The notes beneath the pieces were generated by a model that saw nothing but the letters and a program-made list of their open reading frames with translations, did not search any database and was not told the DNA's origin. Position numbers and translations under genes: made by a program. A DNA stretch of 64,000 bases from Harriotta raleighana (lineage: Eukaryota), in NCBI GenBank assembly GCA_050575255.1, contig JBNZDD010013726.1, positions 9,702,618 to 9,766,617 of the forward strand, written 5' to 3'. Below are positions 39,140 through 53,184 of this stretch, one piece after another. Each line of letters opens with the position of its first letter. Position 1 is the stretch's first letter.

Positions 39140-39710
39140 ATACACATATATGTTTTATTATATGTATATATACACACACACACACACATAAAATGTATAA
39201 ATTTTTTGATGACATGTACTGCATTTGCAGAGAGCAAGACTGGAAGTATCTGATCACTTTCTAATCATTTTACCATTATTTATTTTTACGTATTAATCAT
39301 CCTTAGCACTGTGAGCCATCAGTATTCATTTATAACTGGTCACACGCTAAGCATCATGATTATGTTGAGCACAGCTTGTCTGTTGTGGTTAGAAATTACA
39401 CAGGAAAAGGGCGTGTGTATATATGTGTGTGTTATAGTTGAGTAAGAAAAAAAAATGTGTGCGTATGTATGCCTGTGTATTATGCCATGTAGATTTTACC
39501 TCCTGGCATGACACTGCCTTTGGGAGACATCCAAAAAGCATGTATCAAGGGGAAAGATACTTTACAAGGAGAGACTTATAACTGATAAATCAGAAAGCAT
39601 TTTAAAAGTGATTGTGTGAGTATACACCGATATATATATATATACACACACACATATATATATGCTGTATATATATATATGTATGTATACACATACACAC
39701 CTATATACAA
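39140..39710. repeat. TA/CA microsatellite clusters
   Basis: (TA)n and (CA)n runs near 39140-39190 and 39630-39710. Confidence 0.85.
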
Positions 39711-40054
39711 TATTCTATCCTGACCTGATTGCCTAACCCATGAGAGATGAAGTCACATTGGTTGTGTTGGAATTGGGTTATGGAATATTTTCCATATGTC
39801 ATGGCTGCCTTTTTTTGCACATTCAGTTTATGTCATAAAAACATTTCCCAAAACTGGATTATCTGTCAGTTTCAGCTGTGTAATGGGGTCAGATGGACAC
39901 CAGTGCTTATGGCCTACTGTTAGGGAGCAAAATATTCTCAAGCCACCAAATGCACTGTTTTATGGTGCATAAAATAGCTAAATATTGCTATTCAATGATT
40001 CACATGCCAACTGTCATATTGATGGCAAAGATTGACATTTTTAGATTTCAAAAG

Positions 40055-40185
40055 AAATGCAAAGGGGTCTGTCCAGCAATCCTGAGAAAAATCCACAGAT
40101 AAAATTGGTCATTCATTTCACTGTCGTTTGTGGGACATTTCTATGCACAAATTGACTGTCGAGTCACCTACAAAATACAGTATAT
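40055..40185 (+). mobile_element. SINE 3' fragment
   Basis: cagataaaattggtcattcatttcactgtcgtttgtgggacatt...cacaaattgactg. Confidence 0.7.
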
Positions 40186-40324
40186 ATATTTTTGGTCAGC
40201 TGGGTGTCTGACACGTACGGAAACCTATCACCAAGTTTAAGAGTATCCAAACCAAACAATTCCCTGCATCCCACCTATACTTGAAAATTCCAGAGATATT
40301 TGTTGGAATGCCCTTCCTCTCTGG

Positions 40325-40570
40325 GAGGACATATCCTGCTTACCTAATTCCGGAATTTATTGGACGCAAATTGGCGAGAGCAAAGGCTTGGGGACCCCAG
40401 AGTGTGTGTTGAGGTACTGCTGGAGGCCAACCAGCTAAAACTGCATAGCTTACCATTGAGAGCACTGGCTGGCACGCTTTCCCACTGCTCGTCAACTCAG
40501 ACCACCAGAGCTGTTAGGGCTTTGGTTCGCGGGGCTAAGTGAACGGGAGCTGAGTGGGAAGAACCCCCAA
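40325..40570. repeat. Unclassified interspersed repeat, copy 2
   Basis: Collinear with 4180-4430 in the same orientation. Confidence 0.7.
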
Positions 40571-42219
40571 CTCTTCCAATTCCTTCTGATGAGACTGCCT
40601 GACTCATCCGGCTAGGGAACTGGACTGCTGAGACCGTCACAGACGATGTCACCTTGGAGCCAGTTCACCTCTGGTTATCCTGCACCCCCCACCAAACCCC
40701 CCCAGAGGATAGGCCCCTGTTGTTCATTTGACGTCTGACAAGTGGGGGTTTGAGACCATACTCGGTGGAATGGTAGATACCAGGATCTCCCTGCAAGCTT
40801 CCTGGTGGGCAACAGAGCTCAGCATGAAGAGATGAACAAGGTGAAAGACTAATTTATTACTTGTTTATTTTTATGCTTTCACGAGATGCATAGCCAAGCC
40901 AAAACTTTATGTTTAAACATATTGATGTTGGTCATTAATTTCTAATCCTAACAGCTTCAGTGTCGTGAAAAACTGGGTCATTTCAATGAAATTTGTTACA
41001 CTATCTCCCGCCTGCGGAAACTGGAGTGGATTGTCTGGAATTTCTGTTTTTGAAATATATGCTGAATTTCTGATAAGATCAAGCTGTTCTGCTTACCAAC
41101 ATGTTTATTTGGAACAGCAGTTACACCCCAGTGATCTTAGGTGGCCATGTCCTCATCTGCGCTGTAGCTTGCGACATCAATCAGCTATTAATAACCCATA
41201 GTCACAAAATAAATGCCTCACAGTACTTTTGCATTCCATGTGTAAGAATTGAGAACAAGCCAATATGCCACCTAATCTTTAATAACAAATCTGACTATAT
41301 CTTACAATTTGCCTGTTGTTTAAATGAAAATATAGTGTATTCTAGTTCTTCTTGTTCACATGTTGCTCTCCTGATGCATTGGGTTTGCAGAACGTTTACA
41401 AAAGGTGTTCTTCTTTCTAAAAGGCATTTATTTATTTTTTAAAAAAACAGTTCCAGAGATTCCGTTTATTTTCCATTGGTCATTTTGAAAACATTGAAAC
41501 AAAAACCTGCAATTAATTGTGATTAATCTGTTTGTTTATTTCGAAGCACTCAGACCTACTGATTACCTACTGGTAATCAAAGGATTGAAATCAAACTTCC
41601 CCCTACTGTGTACTACACAGAGAAAGCCACTGCACAGTAGGCCATACAGCCCAGAAGATTAGCTAATGTCAGTCAGGGCATCATTTGAGGCACTAATAAG
41701 CACGTACATGCTTTAAAGCATGCATGCACAAGTGTAAGCTATTCCCAATTACTAGCCGTAGATCCCGGTTGGATTGTTCGTTCATAAGATGGCATCAGAT
41801 GAGGGACAGGAATACCCACTCTTAGATTTATTCTCCCAGATCGATGTTAACGCATCAATAATGACCACCCAATGAAGGGAACCAGTGGGTGGCAAATACT
41901 CCTGGAACAATGCTACAGCAAAGAATCTTCAAGCAAGAAGAGAGAAGAGAAGGTGATGGTGTCAAAATGTCAAGCTGATGAATGCAACGTAAAAGACAGC
42001 AATGGGTGAAATATGCGATACAAAGAGTAAATAAGAGATTTGTTTAGAAGCTGGCTTGCTTAATGCTGTTTTATACAAAATCTGTTCTGCCGGCTGATGA
42101 GGAATGCAAGAAGGTCTGCAAATTTTCTAAACCCAACAAAGAATGAGTATTGCTGTAAATGTAGCAATGATCTGAGGGTGGTGAAACCAAACATTGACTG
42201 TAATAATCAATGAACCTCC

Positions 42220-42620
42220 TTAATAATAATTGATATATGCCGCCTTTCATATCTGGGAAATATCTCAAAGTGCTTCGCAAGGTTTTTTTTCCCCCCCAAA
42301 AAAAGCGATCGTCTATTTGCAGGCGCACGCAACAAGTCAATGTGTACACAGCAATGTCCCACAAACAGCTGTGAAGTGAATGACCAATTTTATTTGGGGG
42401 ATTGTTGGCCAGGTCCAAGAGTCAGGAGAAACTGCCTTCTATTTTCAAATAGTGACGTGGGATCATTAACATAAGCAAGCAGAGAAGACCTGAGTTTAAT
42501 GTTTTATCTGAACAACAGCACTTTGAACAATGCAGCGTTCCCCCAGCACTGTATTCCATTATCAGCCTAGACAAATGAGTTCAAAGTTCCCGCCATTGGA
42601 ATTGACTGAGTCAGGCTAAT
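42220..42620 (-). mobile_element. DeuSINE
   Basis: Minus strand ttcagataaaacattaaactcaggtc...gttaatgatcccacgtcactatttgaa (Deu domain), plus L2 tail. Confidence 0.8.
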
Positions 42621-44864
42621 GTGTGAAAACAAATTAATAACAAATTAGACAAAAAAGCAACAAAAAATCCTGAGCTGAACGCGAGCACAGTTGGTAAAAT
42701 TCACGCTACTGAACGAAGAGACAGCAGCTCCTCAAAATCAGAATGACTATAATCTGATAAATAGGAAACATTTTCCAACTATCGTCCTATACAGTATCAG
42801 TTTGTGCAGTTGGGCTGCCTGCTGATATCACTCGCGTGAAAAAAGTCCTTTATCTTATTTATATTCCTTTTCAGCACTTCAACGGCATAAATTATTCTGC
42901 TCTTCTCTGGTGTTGTCCAAAGGAATTGATGGAATAATGCATAACGTCCTTCTCATCTCCACAGATGAGTCACTTTCATACAGGTCTGCTGAGTCCAACC
43001 TTGAGGCAATTACCATCTCGGAAATCAGTGACAAGACACATTGTTGAGTGCCTTCAGGTGATCAGCAGAGCTGGTCAAAACTAGATCTAAGTAAGCATTA
43101 ACTCTATTTGGAAAGTAAATCATCTGGGTGAGACCATTAGGAACTGTGAACAAGTGCTCAGCACAGACATAGTGTTCTGTGGGGCTTTTTTTTTTGCTTT
43201 CTTGGCAATCTTAACAGTAGCTAATCAAGAAAATTTCACGTCATATACTGTAGATGGCTGAATTTGGTTAATGGCATTTGACGGGCATGGAAAAATGGAA
43301 TGATAAGCAGATGAACTTTTTTTTTGAAAAAAAACTCTTTCCTTGAGAGGCATTTCTGTCCAAATTACTTTCAAAGCAATTCATTCCAAGTTTTGTCTAT
43401 GGGATGCTTGCATTTTATGTTTGGAATACACAGCTAGTTGAAAACTATCAACGGATTATGGCCAGAAATGACATCGGTCTTCTATCTCCTTCACTAAGAA
43501 TAATTTGTAGCCTTATGACTGATGGTTTGGGCAGCCTGAAGAACAATTATAGAACATTAACATATGTTACATAACACAAGATGTTTTGTAATAAAATCAA
43601 TCTTATAACTTAAAATGTCATTCATGTGAATGATTGATTCTGTCACAGCAAGTGAAACATTTTAGGTGGAAGCAATGATTTAGTAAATTTAATCTATTCC
43701 TTCATTTTGTTAAGTAAAAAGGACATGTGAAAGTACAACTTAAGTTTTTGTTATCCCAGTTTTTCCTTCCACTGAAGAAAAATCAATAATAAAGCAAAAT
43801 ATGTCAGCAAAGACAGTGACTGTTATCACATTGATGTTGAAAATTTATCAGTAACTTTGGGAAATGTGAAATATCTGAAATTAAAAATAAATGCAATTGA
43901 AGCACAATTCCTAACGCTCCAAATCTAAATACTGTAATCTCTGAATTTGTTTTCAGTGCGGGTTATTAGAAATTTGCTTATTAAGAATGTCTTAAGAAAA
44001 AGCCAGAAAAAAAATTGATTTGCATGTAATTTGCTTCAGATGTGAATTCTAAATCTCACTGCTTTCATTATGTTGCATATGCCACAAACAACCATGACCT
44101 TCTGACTGATAGACCCAGTAGGAAAATTCATGAATTCAGAGAAAAAAAATCAGGGTTAACAGTTCACATAACCTTTGCACATCAAGTTATAAGCAATTTG
44201 TTCTAAATGTTCCAAAACAAATTACCAGATTCTTCCACTTATTTCTTTAATTTCCTCTGTGACATATCAGCACTTAACTTGGCATTCTCATCTTAAGCAT
44301 ATAATGGAGAAAATCCTTTCAATACACATTCATCCACAAATGTAGCCCGATGAGAAAAAAGAAAAATTGACTAAGAATGATTTTAATACGAGACGTGTCA
44401 AAATGCACAGTTATCGATGAAAAAAAAAGTTACTACGCTTTACATAAATCCTGGTGAAGCACTTTGGCGTCCNAAAAAAGTTACTACACTTTACATAAAT
44501 CCTGGTGAAGCACTTTAGTGTCCTGGGGGAGGTAGAGGATCTATGGAGTGGACTTCCAAAGAGCTGAGCCAAATGGCTGGAAGCTCAAGCACAATAGTGA
44601 GCGATTGGATGGGGTATAAGAAGCAGGCCTGAGTTTGCTGAGTGGTCAACCTAATGGGGACAAACTCTATCTACTTGAATGACCCCATTCCGCATCATTT
44701 TAATGGAAACCAAAATAAAGCAGGTTCGTAAATGCGGCCTTGAATCGGGGTCGATCCTCTGCACAAACTGCAGCAAAACCAACTTCAAAATAAGACTGTA
44801 AACTTTCCCAAACCTCGAGATAGCCCGGGCAAGCGGGATGGATTTGGACAGCTTTTTTTTGTTG

Positions 44865-44930
44865 AAAGAGAGACAGCCAGCAGACACGATGGGCCAAATT
44901 GTCTCCTTCAGTGCTGTGATTGTACGATAC
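44865..44930 (+). mobile_element. CR1 3' UTR remnant
   Basis: gccagcagacacgatgggccaaattgtctccttcagtgctgtgatt. Confidence 0.6.
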
Positions 44931-45114
44931 CAAAGATTCTCTACACTGAAGTAAATTTGATTTCACTGGGTCTTTGTACACTTAGGAAACTTTAAAAGGC
45001 AAATAGGATGATTGAGGACACCTAAATTTTTCTATGGCAGCACAGCAGTCTCTCACCCCATTCAACATCTTATCCAACTGCGAAAAAAGCAAGACAATCA
45101 ATCCTCTACTCATA

Positions 45115-46440
45115 ACCCAGGAAAAGATACAAAACAAATTAGGTCTGGATATTAATTAAGACATAGTTACAATCCATGAAAAGGGACAGGGCCTAAAAAC
45201 AGAATCTATTTGGTTACAGATAAGGAACAAAAAAGGAGCCGTTACGCTTTTAAGGGTATATTGTAGACCACCAAATAGTGGGAAGAAGACAGACAAGCAG
45301 ATCTACAAGCAGATTTCTGAAAGAAAGCAAAACCAATAGTATGTTTCCAGCCCAATGAAGAAGCAAGCAGTGCTGGATCTAGTTTTGGGGAATGAAGTGG
45401 GGGCAAGTGGAGCAGGTTTCAGCAGGAGAGCATCCAGGCGATAGTGATCACAACATTATTAGATTCAGAGTACTTAGGGAAATGGCCAAGAGCAATCAAA
45501 GATGAAGATACTCAACTGGAAGAGGGCTAATTTCAGTGAGTTGAAAAGGGACCTAGCCAAGGTGTACTGGAAAGAAAGATTGGCAGGTAAAACAGCTAAA
45601 GAGCAATGTGAAGTCTTCAAGCAGGAGATAGTTCAGGGGCAGAACAAATAAAATTCACAAAGGGAAAAAGTAGGGCATCCAAACCTCCCTGGACAATTAA
45701 GGAAATTGGGACTAAAATAAAACAGAAAAAGGAGACTTATGACAAATGTCAGACCCAAAATTCAGAAGACAACCAAATTGAATATAGGAGGTACAGAGGA
45801 GAACTGAATAAGGAAATAAGGCGGAAATCTTATTATGGAGGCAGAGGGCATGGCTGATGTACTGAATAAGTACATTGCATCTGTCTTCACAAAAGAAGGT
45901 AATGCCACAGTATCGGAGGAGAGGGTAGAGGAATTGGATAGAATAAGTATAAACAGAGAGGAAGTGCTAAAAAATGTTGACAGTGCTCAAGGTAGATGAG
46001 GTCCAGATGGGATGTATCCTAAGTTACTAAGTTGCTAGGGAAGCATCCTAAGTTACTAGGTTACTATTGTATTCCATCTACCCAAGTAATGGAAGTAAGG
46101 GTGCAAAAAGCTCTGGCCACAATCTTCCTTGGACACAGGAGTGGTGCGATAGTGATCGCCTGGAGGGTTGCTAATGTTACTCCCCTGTCCAAAAAGGTTC
46201 AGAAGAACAAACCTGGTAACTACAGGCCAGAGAGCCTAACATCAGCATTGGGAAAACCTCTAGAGAATACAATCCGGGACAAAGTAAATCTCCCGTTAGA
46301 AAAATATGGGTTAATAAAGGACAGTCAGCACAGAGCTGGGGAGTGGGATTGACTTTGAAGAGTCCATTTCAAAGCTCTGGCACAGACTTGATGGACCGAA
46401 TGGCCTCCTATTGTGCTGTAAAATTCTATGATGCTATGAT
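45115..46440 (+). mobile_element. CR1 LINE ORF2 remnant (endonuclease to RT start) fused to its 3' end
   Basis: ESIWLQIRNKKG, YCRPPNSG, LDLVLGNE, GDSDHNII, GPDGMYP, WRVANVTPL, PGNYRP, LIKDSQH, then RAGEWD*, 3' UTR and ctatgat tail; frameshifted. Confidence 0.93.
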
Positions 46441-46844
46441 ATCAAGACACTTTCACAAGTGTCCATCACAAGCCCTGGGGCTGTTCAATCTTTTCTTCAG
46501 CTTTTGAGGCATTTAGCACTTTTTTGAATGAGTAATTCAGAATAGGTCAAATATTTCATTATTCTTCATCTTACTAATTTTCTGTTCCACACATTGATTT
46601 CTTCACAAACTACCTGTATAGTTTATTGCGCTCTTAGCTTATAACACTGTTGGCAGCGTTCCTAACTTCAGCAACAGTGATAGTTGGGCGGGAGTGAGGT
46701 GGGAGAAGAGTGTTACCTGGAGACCCAAAGGCCATTCATTCAGATGTGTTTTCCTAGTTATAATATAAATGTTACTTCTGGGGTATTCGACAGTTATCTG
46801 ATTTTCTAATCTTTGCTCTGTATGAACCCCTACTAACATCTGCA

Positions 46845-46912
46845 CTTTACTCTTTGAGACGTCTAAAAGATGTGAAAAGCGCTATGACAAATATGAGGAT
46901 TATTATTATTAT
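46845..46912 (+). mobile_element. SINE/L2 tail
   Basis: ctttgagacgtc...gtgaaaagcgctat...ggattattattatt. Confidence 0.7.
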
Positions 46913-47975
46913 CTTGGAATCTATCTCATATTATAATTGATCTCAAGTATTACAGCATCTTTCCTTCATTCACCTACAATATCCAGATTCACTACTCTTT
47001 ACAGCAAACCCTTCGGAAGGCTGGGATGTCAAAGGCGCTAGATCAAAGGTAAGAATCATTATTTATTTAAATTGGTTCTGAACTATGAATCAAGCGCAAG
47101 TCACTTTCTTGACTGCAGTTAAAGTCCCCTTTTTTAAAATCTTGCACAACATTATGTATGATCCAGATACATATACCAGGGTGTCCCAAGAGTCAGTTAT
47201 TTAAACCTGGCTGCCAATTACTCTTATACTTCCCATTTTATCCAGGCAGTGACCTCACACAGCCTCACATACAGAACTAAGCATTTAAGTCAAAGCCAAT
47301 GGTCAGATGGAATTTTACATAGTTAACTAGACATTTTTAAAAAAAAGTTTTATTGGCTTTAGGACATGAGTTACAATATAAGTCAACACTAGAAATACAT
47401 CAAACAATGGCCTCATGAATACTTTCCTCACAGTATTCATTGCCTACGCTTGGGAGATTAAATACTTAATGAACATTTACTGTAGTTGAAATGAAAACAT
47501 TTTGGAGCTGATAATGCATGTAAAGCAGGAAATAATCCTCTCGCATTTAAGTGTATTTATCTATAGGGGCACAGTTCTCATAGACAACATTACAATCCAA
47601 ATGTTCAGCTGACAGAATAATTCAATTCAGCCATTGGGTTTGTGCTGAAACTAGCTTCGGCCCATTTGTACTCTATTTACTTTTAACTTCACCCTTCTGC
47701 TCTTTCTCAAGAATGTTATTCCCCCCTGCCCTGCACTCGCTCTCTCTAACTTTTCACTGCAACATTTACTCAGTAACTGACACACCCGCTCTTCCAAAAC
47801 ACTTGTTTGTGTAAATCCAGTCTCACAATTCTGCAGGTAATGACAGCAGATGAATTGATGAGTTTTATTCTAGTGCAAATTCTGCCATTAAAATCTGAGG
47901 ATTTACTATGTTGAAGAGGTATTTAAACTTTTCTAGAATTCAAAAAATATTCTGCTCTTTTTAAGGTAGCTACTA

Positions 47976-48646
47976 GAGTAAAACCTTGTTCATCCAGCAC
48001 CCAACCAAACAGCATACCCAACCAACCGGTATCCCCCATTACAATTCACCATTTCAGCCCCCGGATCTCGTACCGTGGCCATCCGGGACACTCGCCATAT
48101 GCTCACTTTGCACATGCGTGTTGCATGCAGAACCAACGCTACCTTTAGGCAAAGTAGGTGGTTGCCTAGGACGTCAGATCAACATATTAACAGCTTCAAT
48201 CGTTGGGGGGGGGGGGGGATAGTACCTGAACTCCTTCCCCCCCCCTTCTTGCTCGCTATACACTGATTGACTAATAGTTTGTACACTGATTGGCTAACGG
48301 TCCCCAGCGGTATGTCAACCCAGAGTCCTGTTGATCACCATTCACGTCAATCAGATTTAATCAGGGCGCCGTTCACTCCCCACCAACAGGTTAGGTTGAG
48401 TTCACTTTTAACGGCCTGCCCTCGAGGCTGCTCACGCCCTTTGCTATTGACACAATCAATTAATAAGGTAACTTGACTTCTTTGTAATAAAATAATATTT
48501 ATACAGTACATATATATAGATAGATATATATATATACAGCACGATACAAATAAAACAACCATTACCAGGGGGAGGGGGGGGGGGGGGGGNNNNNNNNNNN
48601 NNNNNNNNNNNNNNNNNNNNNNNNNNNNNNNNNNNNNNNNNNNNNN

Positions 48647-48687
<41 letters not shown>

Positions 48688-48937
48688 GGATGGGTGAGGG
48701 CAGATGGAGGAAGCCGTTCTTTACCGGACCCTGGAATGCTTTTTTACCGATCATTTTGCTGAGTTTGCTGGAATGCTTTATTGGTAACTATCCATACAAT
48801 ATTCTGTTATTATTTAGTCTATTATTAATGTGGTATGTTTTAAAAATAAGTTCTTTTTTTTTTGTTGGATTTGGGGCATATTTGATTCATCGACACATGT
48901 CAGCTCCCAAGGGTGCTGGATAACGAAGGTTTTACTG
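47976..48937. mobile_element. Tigger-like MITE, long form (~960 bp including a gap), inverted relative to the 24205 copy
   Basis: TA-flanked TIRs gagtaaaaccttgttcatccagcaccc / gggtgctggataacgaaggttttactg; 48740-48937 is the reverse complement of much of the short copy. Confidence 0.85.
48568..48686. other. Poly-G tract containing an assembly gap (N 48590-48646)
   Basis: Seen directly. Confidence 0.95.
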
Positions 48938-50039
48938 TACCTAGATTTTTTAAAACAATATTTTCTGTTATTCTTCATTGCAATTTATTTAATCATCTGT
49001 CTTTGAGAAGTATATTTGGCGTATCAGATTTAAACACAAGATGTTCATTCTGCAAAATAAACATATCCTCATCCTTACCATTCACTGACTTAAATACTGT
49101 ATTGAGATTTTTTTCTTGAATCTCACGCCTCGGTAATACAGCTCATTAATAAAAAGCACTAAAGGTCAATATTTTGATTTTCATACATTCACTAAATACA
49201 GAAATTAAAATCACTTTCCATTGATCTAATATTAAAACAAGATTGAAATTAAAAAAAATTTTTTTTTTACAGCTTTCCTTTTCCAGCAGAACTGGTGACA
49301 AATGCACCAGCTCTGCATTTCTTCATTAAAATTCCCATTTCTGTTATTGTTTTCAGACCCACTGAATGTTATAAATGTGTACTGTGGTTGTCGCTGATTT
49401 GCCAAATGCAATAAAAAGAAAGACAAGTCATGTAACACGAAAAAGATTTCAGCATTACCTATTAAATTGATTCTTGTGGGCTACAGTCCTTAGTGAAGGA
49501 CAGCTTTCAAGGACAATAAAACAAAAGACAATTGTTCTGTGATATCAGAGTTACCACAAGACCTCCTATGAGTGATGAAGCATACACAGCAAGGCAGGCT
49601 TTGAGTCGGACTTTGCTTTATTGATTTCTCACGATAGGGGAATGTGTGGTTTCAATTGTGTGTGCATTAATCGGCATGCCGGCAGAACTTTGGGGGTTTT
49701 ACCAATCCTAACCATTAAATGCCCACAGCCCATACAATCTGCTTGCAAAGATCCATTCAGTTTCATCTCGTAGTATGGCTACCAGATCCCTAAAGGGAAC
49801 AAAACAGACTGACAGTGGTGGAAATGTTTCATTCCCCACTTAGTGAGTGAGACTCACTGTGCTACCATCACATACTGTATTCTTAAACTTGGCTACGTGT
49901 CTTTGATGCTTAGGAAAATATTAAACTTAATACAGTAGTTGCATTATATTGGATGCAGCAGAAATCGCGGGATTTATTTGCAGTTTTGTTTATCCTGTAA
50001 CTAAAGCTGACTGAGAAACTTGCAGAGAAATCTGTCACT

Positions 50040-50220
50040 GTCTATGAACCATGGAACAAGAGGAGGCCATTGAGCTCATCGAGCCGGTTCTGCCAGTTTA
50101 TTAGATCATGGCAGATCTATTAATTCCATTTTCCTACACCCCTCAATAGTTTTACCTTCCAAGTTTGCATCAATCTCCTTTGTTAAACTTCCCAATTGAT
50201 TCTGCATCCATGGTTTTTTT
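50040..50220 (-). mobile_element. CR1 3' UTR remnant
   Basis: ggaacaagaggaggccattgagctcatcgagccggttctgcca...ttagatcatggc. Confidence 0.7.
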
Positions 50221-50864
50221 TAGACAATTTGAAGAGGTGAGTTTCCTCTCTGTCTCTCTCTCTCAGTTGTGAGAACATCCAGGCTAGAAAGTGATGTCCT
50301 TGACAATTCACGATGCGGCTACCAAAATCTAAGTCTGTTTTTACTCCGTTGACTAACCTGACAACTGAATTTTTCTCGCTGTAAATACTTCATGTGCAAG
50401 TGTGGTCCACCACTGCAAAATTATTGTCCTCATCAAAGACAATTCCTGATGTCTATTGGATCCCCTTAGAGAGCAACTGAGGTCTCAAGTAGGTTAACAG
50501 ATACAGTGCTCTATTCATCCATAAGAGTGTGGGCTGAAATCAGACCGAAGAAATGAACTAACAGTACAAACAGATGTAATACAAAAACATTACAAAAGCA
50601 ACAAAAAATAATCATTTCAATGTGCAAACACAAGTTTCACGATTTCCAATTTGCTGCAAATCTCATTGCAGTAACCTCATTATACTGTGCTTGAAGAACT
50701 GATACAGAAAGAGAGTGACATCCTGAACTTCTCACTCAGAGTTGCTGTCGATATCCAAAATATAACGTTTTCTTTCAATAGCAGAAAATTGATCATGGCA
50801 ATTGATTCTTTCTTCACACCGTAATAAACTATAGTTGATGTTTTTTTTGTCTCAGTTCTATGAC

Positions 50865-50935
50865 TACAACAACAACAAATTACATTTGTGTGGCTGCCTT
50901 TCACATTGGGAGGGCGTCCCAAGGCACTGAACATT
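50865..50935 (-). mobile_element. L2 3' tail
   Basis: caacaacaacaaattacatttgtgtggctgcctttcacattgggagggcgtcccaaggcact. Confidence 0.65.
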
Positions 50936-51109
50936 CAGGGATTTGGACCCGAGCAATGGAGTTGGGTACAATCTGTTGCTGACCTATTACAGTTACAACT
51001 TTGCATTAATCTAGTGAGCTCTCTTGCAACTGAGAAGGAAAATCCATCTTATGGGGCAGTAGTGAGCAATTCAAACCAAGAGAGCTTTAAATTTGGATGC
51101 CAAGTTTTT

Positions 51110-51305
51110 CTGTGGCCCATGGCAAATTATGTCTTAACCAACAAATCAGCCAGATAAAATTGGTTATTCACTTATTGGCTGATGGTGGGACATTGCTGGG
51201 TACAAATTGACTGTCACATTCGTCTGCAAATACACAGTCATTACCCTTTATAGTGCTTTGATGATACGATAAGGCATTGTATCAAATGCGAGCATTATTA
51301 CTACA
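51110..51305 (+). mobile_element. SINE 3' portion
   Basis: cagataaaattggttattcac...gtgggacattgctg...tatcaaatgcgagcattatta. Confidence 0.7.
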
Positions 51306-53184
51306 ATTTATTGCTGTTCCTCAGTGAGAAGAGTGTATATTTTAGTTTTTAATCTAATGGAGCACTTTAAAATGTTCACAGCGGTAATTTGAACAGTTTG
51401 ATAGTTTATAAAACAATCTTTTGTCAATTTTCCTTATCCCAAATCCATTTCATTTAATTACATTCTAAGTGTTCCGGCGAATAATTTGAGATTATTGTCA
51501 CCCCATTTTATGAGAGACCAGCAATGAACACAGAGGCTGTGATCTTTTAGCTCCGATCTATCTTTCACTCATCGATTCTCAAGGGTATTCAGCAGCTGAC
51601 TACAGGTGGTCCGATCAGCAAGGGGTGATGGAAGTTGAAGAGAGATGCAGAGTTGTCAAGCTTCACAGCCTTTGTCTTGTGATTGACAATGTGGGCCTGA
51701 GCCATTTTACGACCATTTGCAAAACTTGTAGATTACAATCTCTGTTTGTGAACTGTAGAAATATCCTTGTATTGTACTAACGTTACAACCAGAAACAAAT
51801 AATGGATTAAGCTGGTGATACTCGCAATGAATGCTACAACTTTTACGTACAATATCTCTTCAAAATAAAATGTAGTTATTTCATTCAAAACGTATTCCGG
51901 TGGTCTTTTATTCTTGGCCTCTTGCTGTCTGTTAGTCTCGTTTCTTTTTAAAGGCAGAATGATCTATGGCTTTTATTTTCCTCTTTTAGACCATGTACAT
52001 TTATAAACAAAGAATTTCCAGATCAAATTTCTGCTTCATTCACTTTGCACTGACCGCATTGTACTGTGTGGCCTCACTTTCCCTCTCAGAGACCAATGAA
52101 ACTGGCCTCTGCAGTTTCTCTGACAAATGTGTATTGGAAAAAATATATACAGGCGGAAAACCACCAACAATTACAAACTGGCCCTTTGTGTAATAAATAC
52201 GTTGCTCATTGGTTATAAGGTTACGATGAAGCAAATACAAGAGTCAATTTGAGTACGAAAAGCTCTCCACATGGTAAGGCTGATAAATATGGTACAACAA
52301 CAGACTTTCAAAAGACACAGATGCTTTTATCAGATGTGTTTGCTTCTTTTAATTAATAAATGCTGTTGCCTCACTCTATACGACAATGATTGCATTATGA
52401 TTCTAAGTATATTAGCCATACCGTATGTTGATCTTCAGGCTATTGCCAACATATTTTAAATTGAAGCACTTTTCTCGGCTGATTATGAACACAAGAGTGA
52501 TAAGCCAAGCACACCACAATAAACAGATGGTATGCAATACATGAGGTATTTATCTCCAACTGTAAGTTGGAGAGTCTTTTAAACACACACTGCAGACTGC
52601 TTCAGACTGCTTGCAAAGCCGGTATTCCACACTGATCAACAATCCCATACTGTGCTCGTTTTTCCGCCTCAGAGGAATCTCAGTCAAAATGGTCTTTTTT
52701 CAGCGCATCAATCCAAACTAAAATATTTATTCAGAACATCTGTGTACTGGAAGCAGAAAATATATTCCCACCAATGTGGTGGATGCTGCCTGGTGGGTCA
52801 TTCTTTATTGCATTGTTACTTTTTTTTTTTCCCTCCCCCTCCCCCCTCCCTCTGAAGTCTCGTTGCTTTTCAGGCAAATCCATTCAGTTTGGTCGCCCAG
52901 TTCCTTCCGCCAATTAGCGTTTCGTGGCATTTCCGAGCTCATCAATTCGGGCCAAACTGCACCTCTCTGGCAGGTCACATCATACCAATTGGGTCATGAT
53001 GGGTCTGACTTCATGAGCGACTTGTAGCCATCAAAACCTCTCCCAAAACAATAATAGTCATTGCAAAAAGATTTCACACAGACTGAATCCGTAGAGAACC
53101 AGGTCACCGATAGGCACAACACACAATTATTGTGTAAATGCACTCGTACAGTTTGAGTTTCAGACGCCCATTTTCCATATCATT

